Shown: positions 25,701 through 38,830 of the stretch, piece after piece
How the letters are laid out: each line of letters begins with the position of its first letter
Position numbering within the stretch: position 1 is the first letter of the stretch
NCBI GenBank assembly: GCA_951406725.2
Contig: OX597819.1
Coordinates: forward strand, 42,470,001 to 42,534,000
DNA: 64,000 nucleotides
Reading direction: 5' to 3'
DNA from: Octopus vulgaris
Taxonomy: Eukaryota
Translations under genes and position numbers: made by a program
The notes under the pieces: model-generated
The model's database searches: none
What the model was told of the DNA's origin: nothing
Seen by the model: only the letters and a program-made list of their open reading frames with translations

Positions 25701-27068
25701 TTCTGTTGGCCTGCTCGCTTAGCCAGCAGGGTGGCGTCATTTGAAGGCTAAAACAATGTGAAGCGCATTGTGACCAGCCATGTGTAGCAACATCTGATAG
25801 CCTGGTCGGTCACGTGATATATATATGTACTAGCTTAAAAGCTGCCCTATTGGATGGCTTTTAACTGAAGTCTTTTGAATTCAAAAGGAAAATCTGGAGG
25901 AATTAAGGGGATTCTTAGAATTAAAACTCTTTCTCCCTTTCTTGGACCAGTAAGGATCTCTGCTTCCAAGTGATTCTCACATTTTTTATACTTTTGGTGA
26001 AGTTTTCAGTTGGGAATCCAAAATATCAGGATTACAGGTCCAGATTCACCCTGGAATATTCTTAATTCAACCTGATTACAAAATGGTATCATATGTTGGG
26101 CTATGGCCTCTAGGAGTAAAGTTGAAAAAGTGTCACACTGATATTCGCATTTATAGTATTAGATATGCATACATACACACACATGAATATACATATTACT
26201 CTTTACTCTTTTTACTCGTTTCAGTCATTTGACTGCGGCCATGCTGGAGCACCGCCTTTAGTCGAGCAACTCGACCCCGGGACTTATTCTTTGTAAGCCC
26301 AGTACTTATTCTATCGGTCTCTTTTGCCGAACCGCTAAGTGACGGGGACGTAAACACACCAGCATCAGTTGTCAAGCAATGCTAGGGGAACAAACACAGA
26401 CACACAAACATATTCACACACATATATATATACATATATACGACAGGCTTCTTTCAGTTTCCGTCTACCAAATCCACTCACAAGGCATTGGTCGGCCCGG
26501 GGCTATAGCAGAAGACACTTGCCCAAGATGCCACGCAGTGGGACTGAACCCGGAACCATGTGGTTGGTTAGCAAGCTACTTACCAAACAGCCACTCCTGC
26601 GCCTATGTGTATATATAAATATATATGTGCATGTGTATATATATATATATATATATATATGCTGGTGGCATGTAAAAAGTACCATCCGATCGTAGCTGTT
26701 TGCCAGCCTCGTGTGGGACCTGTGCAGGTGGTACGTAAAAAGTATACCCACTACACTCACGGAGTGGTTGGCGTTAGGAAGGGCCTCCAGCTGTACAAAC
26801 ACTGCCAGATCTGACTGGGCCTGGCGCAGCCTTCTGGCTTCCCAGACCTCAGTTGAACCGTCCAACCCATGCTAGCATGGAAAACAGACGTTAAACAATG
26901 ATGATGATGATATATATATAAATAAGAAAATGGAGGAACAAATTCATTTCGATCATGAACTTACGGATATTACAATTTCACATTATTTATTAATTATACA
27001 AATGAGAACATGAAAATCGAACAAAACAACATACATCAATAGGCAAAAAAATATTACAAATAAACTGC

Positions 27069-27200
27069 TCCTTACAGCTGTTTCAGCCTATGGTCAAAAG
27101 TCAATCCAACTTAAATTGCCTATGGATGCCATTGTAACATAGTCCTAGGCATTAAAGATTATATTTGTATGTTTAAATAACCAAAGGCCTCATCAGAGGA
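27069..27200 (-). ncRNA. Type I hammerhead ribozyme motif HHR-3b (paralogue of 3a)
   Basis: UCCU-CUGAUGA-GGCCUUUGGU...ACCAUAGGCU-GAAA-CAGCUG-UA-AGGA; intact core. Confidence 0.8.
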
Positions 27201-28107
27201 TATACATAACTAGAAAAGTATAATAATAATAATATTGCTATATAAAAAACATGCTTCACATACTATCCAATAAAAACAAGAAAATAAATTATATATAGGA
27301 GTGGCTGTGTGGCAAGTAGCTTGCTTACCAACCATATGGCTACGGGTTCAGTCCCACTGCGTGGCATCTTGTGCAAGTGTCTTCTACTATAGCCTCGGGC
27401 CGACCAAAGCCTTGTGAGTGGATTTGGTAAACGGAAACTGAAAGAAGCCCATCGTATTTGTCCCTCTAGCATTGCTTGACAACCGATGCTGGTGTGTTTA
27501 TGTCCCCATTACTTAGCGGTTCGGCAAAAAGAGACCGATAGAATGAGTACTGGGCTAACAAAAGAATAGGTCCCAGGGTCGAGTTGCTCGATTAAAGGCG
27601 GTGCTCCAGCATGGCCGCAGTCAAATGAATAAAAAAAGCAAAAGAGTATATATATATATGTATATATAAAGCACACAGCATAAACTGTAAACTGGTTAGC
27701 ATTAGGAGAATACATCCAGAGAAACCCAAACAAATCAGACCGGAACCTGGTGCAGAACTATGGCTTGCCACCTCATGTCACAGCTTATGCCAGCGTATAG
27801 ATAAAATTATCGCTAAAGGATGATGATAATGATAACATAAACATTGATGAAAGTACATAGACAAAACCAATTTCAGTTTACCCTTTTATTCATTATTCCC
27901 ATTCCTTTATTCTCTCATAACAAATTCCTCATAAATCCAGCATGACCATCTTCAGAAATCAAAGTCTTTGCTGAATTTGATGTTGACATTGATGAAACTG
28001 AAGTTGATAACATGAAATTTGAAGAGATAAAAAAAAATCCCTGTCTCTTTTCAGAAAAACTAGAAGTAATTTTAGGCATGTTGTAATAAATTTTAATACT
28101 TATACAG

Positions 28108-29601
28108 TCACACTTGTGTGTGTATACTCTTATGTCTACTTAAGTGGGATTTCCGTGAGAATGATTTACCACAGATATCACACTGATAAGGTCTCTCCCC
28201 TGTATGAACAGGCTGATGTCTAGTTAAGACACCTCCTTCAGAGAATGATTTGCCACAGATATTACACTGATATGGTTTCTCTCCTGTATGAATACGCTTG
28301 TGAACAGTTAACTTGCAACTTTGAGAGAATGATTTGCCACAGATATCACAAGGATATGGTTTCACTCCTGTATGAATGCGCTTGTGTCTAGTCAGGTGAC
28401 TTTTAGTAGTGAAAGATTTACCACAGATATTACAATGATATGGTGTCTCTCCTGTATGTGTACGCTTGTGAACAGTTAAATTGCTATTTTCAGAAAACGA
28501 TTTACCACAGATATCACAGTGATATGGCTTCTCTCCTGTATGAATACGTCTATGTTTAGACAAGTTTCTATTACAAGGAAATGAGTTACCACAGATATCA
28601 CAATAATATGGTTTCTCTCCAGAGTGAACGCGCTGGTGATTACTTAAGCCACTACTCTGAGAGAATGATTTGTCACATATATCACAGTGATATGGTTTTT
28701 CTCCAGAATGAATACGCTTATGATTAGCCAAGTGACTATTAGAAGGGAATGATTTACCACAGTTATCACAACGATATGGTTTCTCACCCGTATGAACACG
28801 CTTGTGAATAGTTAAACTGCCATTTTCAGAGAATGATTTGCCACAGATATCACAAGGATATGGTTTCACTCCTGTATGAACAGGCTCATGATTAGTCAAC
28901 TGACTTTTAAAAGTGAATGATTTACCACAGATATTACAGTGATACGGCTTCTCTCCTGTATGAATACGCTTGTGACTAGTTAAATTGCAATTTCCAGAAA
29001 ACGATTTTCCACAGATATTACAGTGATACGGCTTCTCTCCTGTATGAATACGTTTATGTTTAGACAAGTTGCTACTACAAAAGAATGATTTACCACAGAT
29101 ATCACAATGATATGGCTTCTCACCCGTATGAATACGTTTATGATCAGACAAGTGGCTACTACAAGAGAATGATTTACCACAGATATCACAGTGATATGGC
29201 TTCTCACCTGTATGAATACGTGTGTGCCTTTTTAAGTGACTGGCATCAGAAAATGATTTACCACAGATCTTACAATGATATGGCTTCTCTCCTGTATGAA
29301 TGCGTTTATGACTAGTTAAAGTGCTCTTTTCAGAAAAAGATTTATCACACAAATCACAATGATATGGTTTTTCCCCAGTATGGCTACGTCTGTGACTAGT
29401 CAAGTGACCAATTCTAGAGAATGATTCACCACAGATATCACACTGATATGGCTTCTTCCCTGTATGTATACGTTTGTGAATGGTGAAGTGAGTTCTTCGA
29501 GAGAATGATTTTCCACAGACATCACAGGAATATGGTTTCTCTCTTGTATCAGGGTTTTTAGATTTTATTAAATTACTCATTCTGAGAGAATAATTTCTCA
29601 T
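28108..29601 (-). CDS. ZNF-B: C2H2 zinc-finger protein, 17 fingers
   Basis: Uninterrupted finger array ending HTQV*; ATG at 29601 or 29580; acceptor at 29982. Confidence 0.92.
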   Translation of the reverse strand: MRNYSLRMSNLIKSKNPDTREKPYSCDVCGKSFSRRTHFTIHKRIHTGKKPYQCDICGESFSRIGHLTSHRRSHTGEKPYHCDLCDKSFSEKSTLTSHKRIHTGEKPYHCKICGKSFSDASHLKRHTRIHTGEKPYHCDICGKSFSCSSHLSDHKRIHTGEKPYHCDICGKSFFCSSNLSKHKRIHTGEKPYHCNICGKSFSGNCNLTSHKRIHTGEKPYHCNICGKSFTFKSQLTNHEPVHTGVKPYPCDICGKSFSENGSLTIHKRVHTGEKPYRCDNCGKSFPSNSHLANHKRIHSGEKPYHCDICDKSFSQSSGLSNHQRVHSGEKPYYCDICGNSFPCNRNLSKHRRIHTGEKPYHCDICGKSFSENSNLTVHKRTHTGETPYHCNICGKSFTTKSHLTRHKRIHTGVKPYPCDICGKSFSQSCKLTVHKRIHTGEKPYQCNICGKSFSEGGVLTRHQPVHTGERPYQCDICGKSFSRKSHLSRHKSIHTQV

Positions 29602-30614
29602 ATATATCACAAAGATATTGTTTTTTCATTTCTATGAATATTTTTGTGTTCAGTTCAGTTCCTATTTTCAGGGAATAATTTAATGCTATGTTTTTCAGCT
29701 CTGATCTTACTTAATATCTAAATTAGCAGGTGAAAACTGTCAAGTCCTTCGTAAAGTTATTCAACTTCTAAAGCAATCACCTCCTCTACATTCCAGACAG
29801 TGAAGACAAGAAAAATATTTCGCCGTTGTTTGACATAGATTATATCAATATAAAAAGGGCGATGTATTGATGAAGGCTCCTTATAAATATATCATCTTCC
29901 TTTAGTCAATAAAAGTTGATAAAACTATCAAAGGTACATCTCAATGAAGAAATTTCTTTCAGTTCAACAAGGTGGGATATTCTGAAATAAGAAAAGAAGC
30001 AGTAAGATAACGAGTGAAAGATAAATGATATAGTAATTCAACATTGCAAATATTACAGGATCAACACTGTCATTCATTTAATGCCTAGTTTCACATGGGT
30101 CAGAATTCACTGAGGTGTTGAAAGACTGGTATGCCTAAACATCTAAAACCACCACTGAAAAGTTTTGTTTTTTAATGAAACCCACGTTTTCGGCTATGGA
30201 GATTACAATTCTGAAAAATAATTCTTTTAAGAACTTGCAAAATCCCGATTTCAAAATTTCAATTACCCACACCCATTTCTTCACTTTTCACTATCTTCAG
30301 AAGTTTTTGGGGGAGAAAATACTTAGAGAAATACGGAGCTTATGATTCTGAAAAAATTTGGTTGCAAAATTTCAACTTTTCAGGAAAAACAAAAAATTAC
30401 AAGAACCTCCTGCACTCCCGAGTCTACGGCCTACTAGCAGGCTACACACATGCTAGAAATAACAGCCAAATCAAACAAAAACTCTTAGGCATTTTTGTAC
30501 ATACTCTGTATCGATTGCTCTGCTCTATCAATCTGTGCCTAACCCTTGGATAACATTGGTGGCATTGAAAGGCTAGACTGGTATGCATAGGTCACTGCGG
30601 TTCTTCAATAAACA

Positions 30615-31221
30615 GGTACTACTAGCGAAGACTGGACACGGTCCGCACTAGCTAGTCGTAAGTAATCGATCCTACAATGACTTGCGCGTATGCAAATGAG
30701 TTGTGTTGTAGGTTGGAAGACAACCAATGGATCTAATTAATGATCAAGACGTGGGGGGGGGTTAGTGTAAATAAACAAACAAGAAAATATGCGCACATAC
30801 ACACACACATATATATATACTCACATACACACACACACATATATATATATATAATGATGTACCTACTATGGATGCTGTCCAAAAACTAAAAACTAGTAAA
30901 AGAATATATCACACATAAACACATATATAATATCTATTTGTATCGGTGTGTATACACACACACACATGATTAAAAATTAAGAATATGAAAACTAAAAGAA
31001 TATATCACACACATTTTATTTGATTTGTATAAAAAAATCATATACATTGTTCTAAGAAATAATTTATTTACTTTTTTTTTTAAATTCTTTTATTCTATTC
31101 TGTAAAATCAACTCATTTGCATACGCGCAAGTCGTTGTAGGATCGACTACTTACGACAAGCTAGCGCGGACGCGCGACTGTGCGTGTGCGAGCACCGGGT
31201 CCAGTCTTCGCTAGTAATACC
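30615..31221. mobile_element. GGTACTACTAG-TIR MITE (Merlin/MULE-like); family members at 31578-31700, 32265-32587, 32841-33604, 44237-44919 and 60845-61353
   Basis: TIRs GGTACTACTAGCGAAGACTGGA / TCCAGTCTTCGCTAGTAATACC; the family makes 9-bp TSDs. Confidence 0.8.
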
Positions 31222-31299
31222 CAATTTTAATTTTGTTGATCCGTTGCAAGACGTTGCGGCATTCTGGTAAAAACAGGAGAGAATACATTGTCAGATGGT

Positions 31300-31520
31300 A
31301 CTTACTGTGAGAAGGGCCTCGCGACACCATGTGTTGGGAGTCGAAGCAAAGAGAGCCAGCAGCATCAGTTCTAGGGCAGTGAGGGACCTGACTTGCCAAA
31401 AGGAAAAGAGGAACAGTTAGGGCTATTGAGTTCCTTTATACGTCTTTCATAATTTCCATTAAAAGCTGTTGTGCTTTGCACATGCGTCGTCGCTGCCTGA
31501 TTTGTCTCTTTCCGGTTTTT
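31300..31520 (-). promoter_or_regulatory. Type-B (TATA + TCT/TOP-like) promoter and exon 1, facing ZNF-B
   Basis: Reverse complement of 43815-44033: CCGGAA, TATAAA (31435-31440), CCTCTTTTCCT (31401-31411), donor GTAAGT (31300-31305). Confidence 0.55.
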
Positions 31521-32020
31521 TTTTATGTTTAGCCCTGAGACAATCCAAGGAGACACGACGAGAATGCTACGTTGTTGGGTACTACTTGAGAACAGGGGTC
31601 CCGGTGCGCGCACTTGCGTACACGCGCTTGTTAGTCGTGACTAGTCGATCCTTACTTTGTGTTTTTGTGTGGCATTTTACTTTATTAAAAAAATTATTGG
31701 ATGTTTTCGGATTGACCGGCAGATTTTTAAAATTATTTCTACGTAACTAAAAAATTTTAAACCTCGTAAGATCTTCAAAATTTTTTAGTTACCTAGAAAT
31801 TATGTTAAAAACTGCCGTTCAAACCGAAAAGATCCACCTCGTATACTGGTAGAATGTGTTTATAAAACATCTTTTTCTCTTGGTGTTCTTGGGAAAATTC
31901 TATGGTTTGTAAGATATTTGGTCTTAATTATTTAAATTATAGATTAGGGTATCTACGAGATACCACCGTGCTGAAAATAGCAGCCATGATCCGACTCTAA
32001 GGTGGTTTCTAGCGCGTAGA

Positions 32021-32150
32021 GCCATCTCGGGGAGAATCGGAGAAATTTAATCGTTTAAAGGGGAATAACTTTTACAGCAGTGGAAAATTTAAATATTCCT
32101 GGTGATTTAATATCGGGCACTGATGCATGAGAATACGGTAAGTTGATAAA
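32021..32150 (+). promoter_or_regulatory. Diverged type-A promoter and exon 1, facing ZNF-C
   Basis: GCCATCT..TTTAAAGGGGAATAACT..GAATACG|GTAAGTTGATAAAGATT (donor at 32138). Confidence 0.5.
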
Positions 32151-32637
32151 GATTTATTTTAAGGTTGTAATAAGAAAAAGTAACATTAAGGTAATTTCCT
32201 ACATGATGTTCGTAAAATGATATAAAAATGTGATCTCAAAACGTATATTTCATTAAAACATTTCGGTACTACTAGTGAACAGTGGTCTCGGTGGGCGCAG
32301 TCGCGCTATCTAGTCGTAAGTAGTCGACCCTAGAACGGCTACCTAGAAAAGTAAATAAAACACAAAATAAATAAATTTTGTAAACAAAATAAATAATTTT
32401 TTTAAACGAAGTAAATAATTTTTGTTAAACAAAGTAAATATAACACAAAAACAAGAAGTAAATAATTCTTTAAACAAAGTAAATAAAACACAAAAACAAA
32501 GTAAGGATCGACTAGTCATGACTAGCTGGCTGCGGATGCGCGAGTACGCGAGAGCGCGCACCGGGACCACTGTTTGCTAGTAGTACCTTAAAATTGTTTT
32601 TGGTCCTATTTAGTGAATCTTTATTCTTCATTTACGG

Positions 32638-32834
32638 CAGTGCTTTTCAAACTTTTTGCTGAAGCGGAACCCCAAGGAAACATTCCACTGGCTCGAGGAA
32701 CCCCTGTGCAATGATTTAATAGTCTTATGCACACATATCTGCACAGGAGAATTAAAAATTACTGCCGATTTTAGCAGTTTTGTAACTTCTTGCGGAACCC
32801 TAAGGTTCCGTGGAACCCTGGTTGAAAACCACTG
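32638..32834. mobile_element. hAT-type MITE
   Basis: CAGTGCTTTTCAA / TTGAAAACCACTG ends; 8-bp TSD ATTTACGG at 32630-32637 and 32835-32842. Confidence 0.9.
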
Positions 32835-32840
32835 ATTTAC

Positions 32841-33604
32841 GGTACTACTTAAGAAGAGTGATCAGTACTACTAGCGAACAGTGGTCCCGGTGCGCGCATC
32901 CGCGCTAGCTAGTCGTGACTAGTCGATCCTACAACGACTACCTAGCAAAGTAAATAAAACCCAAAATAAATCATTTTTGTTAAACAAGGTAAATAAAACA
33001 GGGCGATCTTACGGTGTAAGTACCAGATACATTTCAAAAAAGTGTTTTTTTTTTATATATGGGGGGTTAGGGTATGTGGCGATGCTTCGGTATATGTACA
33101 CACGTGACTTTGTTTACATTTCTGAAGATAACAGAAACCCTTTTCTCCTACCCCTAACCCATATATATAAAAACACTTTCTCGAAATGTATCCGGTACTT
33201 ACACCGAAGTTATGCCAAACACAATTTAAATAAAACACAAAAACACAAAGTAAGGATCGACTAGTCCGCACCGGGACCACTGTTCTCATGTAGTACCGAG
33301 TGGTCCCGGGGCGCGCACTCGCGTATCCGCGCTAGCTAGTCGTGACTAGTCGATCGTTACTTTGTTTTACAAACTATAGAATTTTCTCAATAAAGCCAAG
33401 AGAAAAAGATGTTTTATAAAAACATTCTACCAGTATACGAAGTTTAAAAGTGTTTAGTTACGTGGAAATTATTTTTAAAAAACTGCCGCTCAAACCGAAA
33501 AGATACATTATTTATTTTGTGTTTTATTTACTTTGCTAGGTAGTCGTTGGATCGACTAGCCAGCGCGAGTGTGCGCACCGGGACCACTCTTCTTAAGTAG
33601 TACC
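32841..33604. mobile_element. Composite GGTAC-TIR MITE with 9-bp TSD and nested MITEs
   Basis: GGTACTACTTAAGAAGAGTG / CACTCTTCTTAAGTAGTACC; TSD TTCATTTAC at 32627-32635 and 33605-33613; empty site near 44132. Confidence 0.85.
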
Positions 33605-35550
33605 TTCATTTACATGTAACCCACGTCTAATCACCATATTACCAACCAAACAATGAAGACAATCATATACCCACTAAAACTCATCCTCTGCTGGTCTTTT
33701 ATTATGCTAGAAATAGCAGTCATCACATGGCTTTTATCCTAAGACCTGTAGCATGACAAAGAAAGCTATCTGTAGTTTTAGGTACATGTATTTGCTTTCA
33801 AACCAAGTGGTCCTGTGTTGACCCACACTATGTGGCATCTCGACAAAGTGCCTTCTACTATAGCCCTGGGCCAACTGAAGCCTTATCCTCATGGAGGCGA
33901 TGTTCTTTCTTTCCAATATTCTGTGTAAATATGTTTGGACTTGGTGGAATATCATTTTACTTGGAAACAGATGAGGATTGGCAACAAGAAGGGCATCCAG
34001 CTGTAGAATATCTGCCTCAAGCTCGGAAGAGGGGATGTTAAAATGCTGACAATGATGATGGTCTTGTTCAGTAAAAGAGCTTTTACATAGATCACACAAG
34101 CTGCTGGAAATAGCAGCCAAATATTTCTCTAAATTATAAATAAAGGATATTGAACCATGTATTTGCTTTCAAAGCAAGTGGTCCTGTGTTCATCCCCACT
34201 ATGAGGCATCTAGACAAAGTGCCTTCTACTATAGACCTGGGCCAACTAAAGCCTTATGAGGGAATTTGGTGCATGGAAACTTTCATTCCTACAATTATGT
34301 GTGTGTCTTTGTGTTAGAAGTAACATGCAAATGGCTGCGTGTTCTACAGACATGTGGACCCTTAACATAGTCCTCAGGAGCATCCAGCATGACATACAAT
34401 ACGACAAGGATGGCCCTTTGAATTACAGCTGCAACGTATTTTTGCCAGCTGAGTGGACTGGAGCAATGTGAAATAAAGTGCCTTGGGGACACAGTGTGTC
34501 ACTGGGTATCAGACTCACAGCCTTGCCCTAACCATTAGACCATGCCACTTTACAGGGGAAACAATTTAAAGCAAAGAAACAATGAGGAAAATATAAATAA
34601 ATAGGCATAGGAGTGGCTGTATGGTAAGTAGCTTGCTTACCAACCACATGGTTTCGGGTTCAGTCCTACTGCATGGCACCTTGGGCAAATGTCTTCTACT
34701 ATAGGCCCGGGCTGACCATTGCCTTGTGAGTGGATTTGGTAGACGGAAGCTGAAAGAAGCTCGTCGTATATATGTGTATATATATATGTATGTGTTTGTC
34801 CCCGCAACATCGCTTGACAACCAATGCTGGTGTGTTTACGTCCACGTAACTTAGTGGTTTGGAAAAAGAGACCGATAGAATAAGTACTAGGATTACAAAG
34901 AATAAGTCCTGGGGTCGATTTTCTCGACTAAAGGCAGTGCTCCAGCATGGCCGCAATCAAATGACTGAAACGAATAAAAAAAAAATAGAGAAATGTAAAA
35001 ACAATTCACCCATGGACAAAATGTTGAAAAAGTTTCAATGTCTCAATGGATTCTGGTCCGTACAAACGTAGACATTTAATGGATGAAAGTTAATGTAATG
35101 TTTGCCATGTTGAATTATTATGTCATTTAACCATCCATCTTCTCTTTTCTTATTGTATCTTTTCCTATTTCAGAATATCACATCCGATGATTTTATTCCG
35201 CATCATCAATTAAAGGAAGACGAGGCATTTACAAAGCACTTTCATCAATAAATCAACTACTTTATATAAGTAAAAATCTATGATAAAGAATTGGAAAATA
35301 TTTCTTCTGGACAATAGAATTAACAGCAACGTTTTCTTGTCTTCACTGTGTGGAATGTAGAGGAGATGATTGCATTACAGGTTAAATAAACTTGATTAAC
35401 TTTACAAAGGACTTGACAGTTTTCATCTGTTTTGGATATTAAACAAAATCAGAGATAAAAAAATATAATATTAAATTATTCTCTGAAAATAGTGACACAA
35501 CTGAATTCTACCGTATTCATTGGAATAAAAAAGACATCTTTGTGTCATGT

Positions 35551-36480
35551 ATGACAAATTATTCTCTTAAAATGAGTAATGTAAATAAACCAAAAATCCC
35601 AGATACAGAAGAGAAGCCTTTCACCGAAGAAAGAGTCTTAACTAAACAGAAATGCATTCAGACAAGGGTGAAACCGTATCACTGTAATGTCTGTGGTAAA
35701 TCATTCTCTCAAAGTATTGTGTTGACCCGTCACGTACGCACGCATACAGGGGAGAAACCATTTCATTGCAATATCTGTGGTAAATCATTTACTCAGAGTG
35801 GTGACTTGATTAAACACAAACCTACACATACAGGAGAGAAACCATTTCATTGTGATATCTGTGGTAAATCATTCTCTAGAAACAGTCAATTGACTAGGCA
35901 CCGACGTGTTCATACTGGGGAAAGACCTCATAAATGTGACATCTGTGGTAAATCATTTTCTGAAACTAGTAAGCTGACTATTCATAAGCGTATTCATACC
36001 GGGGAAAAACCATTTCACTGTGATATCTGTGATAAATCGTTCTCTGAATCGGGTCACCTAAATATACACAAACGTATTCATACGGGTGAGAAGCCGTACC
36101 CTTGTGATATCTGTGGTAAATCATTCTCTCGACGTGGTGACTTGAGTAAACACAAAACTACACATACAGGAGAGAAGCCATATCAGTGTGATATTTGTGG
36201 TAAATCATTTGCTGAAAATAACGCTTTAATTATTCACAAACGTATTCATACAGGAGAGAAGCCATATCATTGTAATATCTGTTGTAAATCTTTCTCTCAA
36301 AAAGGTCACTTGCTTAAACACAAGCGTACACATACAGGAGAGAAAGCATATTTTTGTAGTATCTGTGGATCCTCATTCTCTAGAAATAGTCACTTGACTA
36401 GTCACAAAGGTATTCATGCTGGAGAAAACCCATATCAGTGTGATATCTGTGGTGAGTCATTCTTTCCAAAACGCCACTGA
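35551..36480 (+). CDS. ZNF-C: C2H2 zinc-finger protein, 9 intact fingers plus a truncated last finger
   Basis: Finger array; acceptor at 35172; TGA inside the final finger. Confidence 0.88.
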   Translation: MTNYSLKMSNVNKPKIPDTEEKPFTEERVLTKQKCIQTRVKPYHCNVCGKSFSQSIVLTRHVRTHTGEKPFHCNICGKSFTQSGDLIKHKPTHTGEKPFHCDICGKSFSRNSQLTRHRRVHTGERPHKCDICGKSFSETSKLTIHKRIHTGEKPFHCDICDKSFSESGHLNIHKRIHTGEKPYPCDICGKSFSRRGDLSKHKTTHTGEKPYQCDICGKSFAENNALIIHKRIHTGEKPYHCNICCKSFSQKGHLLKHKRTHTGEKAYFCSICGSSFSRNSHLTSHKGIHAGENPYQCDICGESFFPKRH

Positions 36481-36496
36481 AGTACAGATGTGAGTA

Positions 36497-37018
36497 CCGT
36501 AAATCCTCGAGTATAATCCGCAGTTTTTTCCCAAAATGTAAAGGTCAAAATCCCTAGTGCATCCTATATACGAGGTTAAAAATGAAAAATATTTTCTAAG
36601 CAATGTCCGAGTCTCTATTTGCTGTCCGGCAATGTTTATTCAGACGCATTTTGTGATGTCGGGCGTGAAAATACCTGAAGCTAAGCCTGAAAGCAATGAA
36701 GCCATAAAAGAATCGCCCGTAACTTGCAGTAAGCAACATTTATTAAAATAAAAGTATTCAGAACACAGAATAACATGTAACAAAAACAATTTGCAAACAT
36801 ATCTACATTCCCATATAACAGTTAAGAACATCACCATTATTGTATTACCCATGCACGGAAGTGTTTGTTCGACTAGGTGCTGCTGGCTTAATTACGCACA
36901 ACTCAAGTTAGAGAAGAGGTGTGTATTATACACAAGGTTTAGGTTTTTCAGAGGTACAGCCCCCTAAAAATCCCCTGTGTATTATATTCAAGGGCGGACT
37001 ATACTCGGGGATTTACAG
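36497..37018. mobile_element. Tc1/mariner(pogo)-type MITE
   Basis: TIRs CCGTAAATCCTCGAGTATAATCCGC / GCGGACTATACTCGGGGATTTACAG with TA TSD; empty site in the ZNF-D paralogue near 46415. Confidence 0.9.
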
Positions 37019-38197
37019 TATTCATACACAAGTGTAACAATATCAATATTTATTACAGCAGGAAAACGATTATGAATATTTTGTGTTAAAAGACAAGGTT
37101 TATTTATCTTCAAGTTTGATGTTATCAACTTCAGTTCCATTAATGTCAATATGAAATTCGTGAATATGGACCTCGTTATCATGTGTATATGGAAATATAT
37201 GAACACAGCCATGCCATTGATTCCCAAAGATGATTGTGCTGGATTTTTCAGGAATTTATTCTGAGGGAATAAAGGAATGCGAATAATGAATAATAATTCA
37301 GTTTGGCTTTGTTCTCTTTTCATCATCATCATCATCATCGTTTAACGTCCGCTTTCTATGCTAGCATGGGTTGGACGATTTTGACTGAGGGCTGACGAAC
37401 CAGATGGCTGCACCAGGCTCCAATCTTGATTTGGCAGAGTTTTTACAACTGGATGCTCTTCCTAACGCCAACCACTCTGAGAGTAATCCAAGTCATAGTG
37501 GAAGAATAGTTAATAACACAGATGTGTTGTAGTTCACTGTAGCTGTTGCAGACATGTTCCTTACCGATGAGCAAAAATGTTACACCTTGCAAAACAACTG
37601 TTTTGATCAGGTAAATAGAGCTAGTAATTAGAAATCAGAACTTCCCATAAAAACAGAACATGGTGCCAGATGACTCAACCGACCTGATTTCGCCAGGAAA
37701 GTGAGTAGCTTCTGCTCTCATTAATAGGGTGGTTAGGAGACAAGACAAATGGAGAGAGAAGTGGAAGGGAGAAAATAGGGCATGGTATGATAACAGTTAT
37801 ATCTTTATAATGGGCAAGAAGCTGAAACTAAGGGTTGTACATATCTACATTGTTTCTGAAATGGTTGACAAGGGTTCCTTGAAGTAGACAAAAAGATATT
37901 TCGATATACACTTGTACACATATAGACATAGACTGATACATATACTGACACACATATATGCACATACTCGTATACATATGTACACAATAGCAAAACACAG
38001 ACATGTGTTGTGTGTATTTGGATATATACACATGCATATGTATATGTATGTATGTGTATATATATATATACGCAAACACATGGCAGGCACTCTTATACTA
38101 ACATATATGTCTACTTATTTAGATATACGTACATAGTTGCGCCTCCACTATGTATATATATTTATGTATATATATTTATGTATATATATTTATGTGT

Positions 38198-38268
<71 letters not shown>

Positions 38269-38695
38269 CACATATATATGTGTATATATATATATGTGTG
38301 TGTGTGTGTGTATATATTTACTCTTTTACTTGTTTCAGTCATTTGACTGCGGCCATGCTGGAGCACCGCCTTTAGTCGAGAAAATCGACCCCAGTACTTA
38401 TTCTTTGTAAGCCCAGTACTTATTCTATCGGTCTCTTTTGCCGAACCACTAAGTGACGGGGACGTAAACACACCAGCATCGGTTGTCAAGCAATGCTAGG
38501 GGGACAAACACATACACACACAACACATATATATACGACAGGCTTCTTTCAGTTTCCGTCTACCAAATCCACTCACAAGGCAATGGTCGGCCCGGGGCTA
38601 TAGCAGAGGACACTTGCCCAAGATGCCACGCAGTGGGACTGAACCCGGAACCATGTGGTTGGTTAGCAAGCTACTTACCACACAGCCATTCCTAG

Positions 38696-38830
38696 CCTGC
38701 GCTCTTAACCACTATGCCATATGCCCATGGGCATATGGCGTAGTGGTTAAGAGCACAGGCTACTACCCTCAAGATTCAGAGTTCGATTCCAGGCAGTGAC
38801 CTGAATAACAATAACAATAATAATAATAAT
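38696..38830. mobile_element. Short tRNA-like SINE with a head-to-head inverted duplication and (AAT)n tail
   Basis: Palindrome 38696-38760 centred on GCCCATGGGC; A box TGGCGTAGTGG, B box GTTCGATTCC. Confidence 0.65.
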
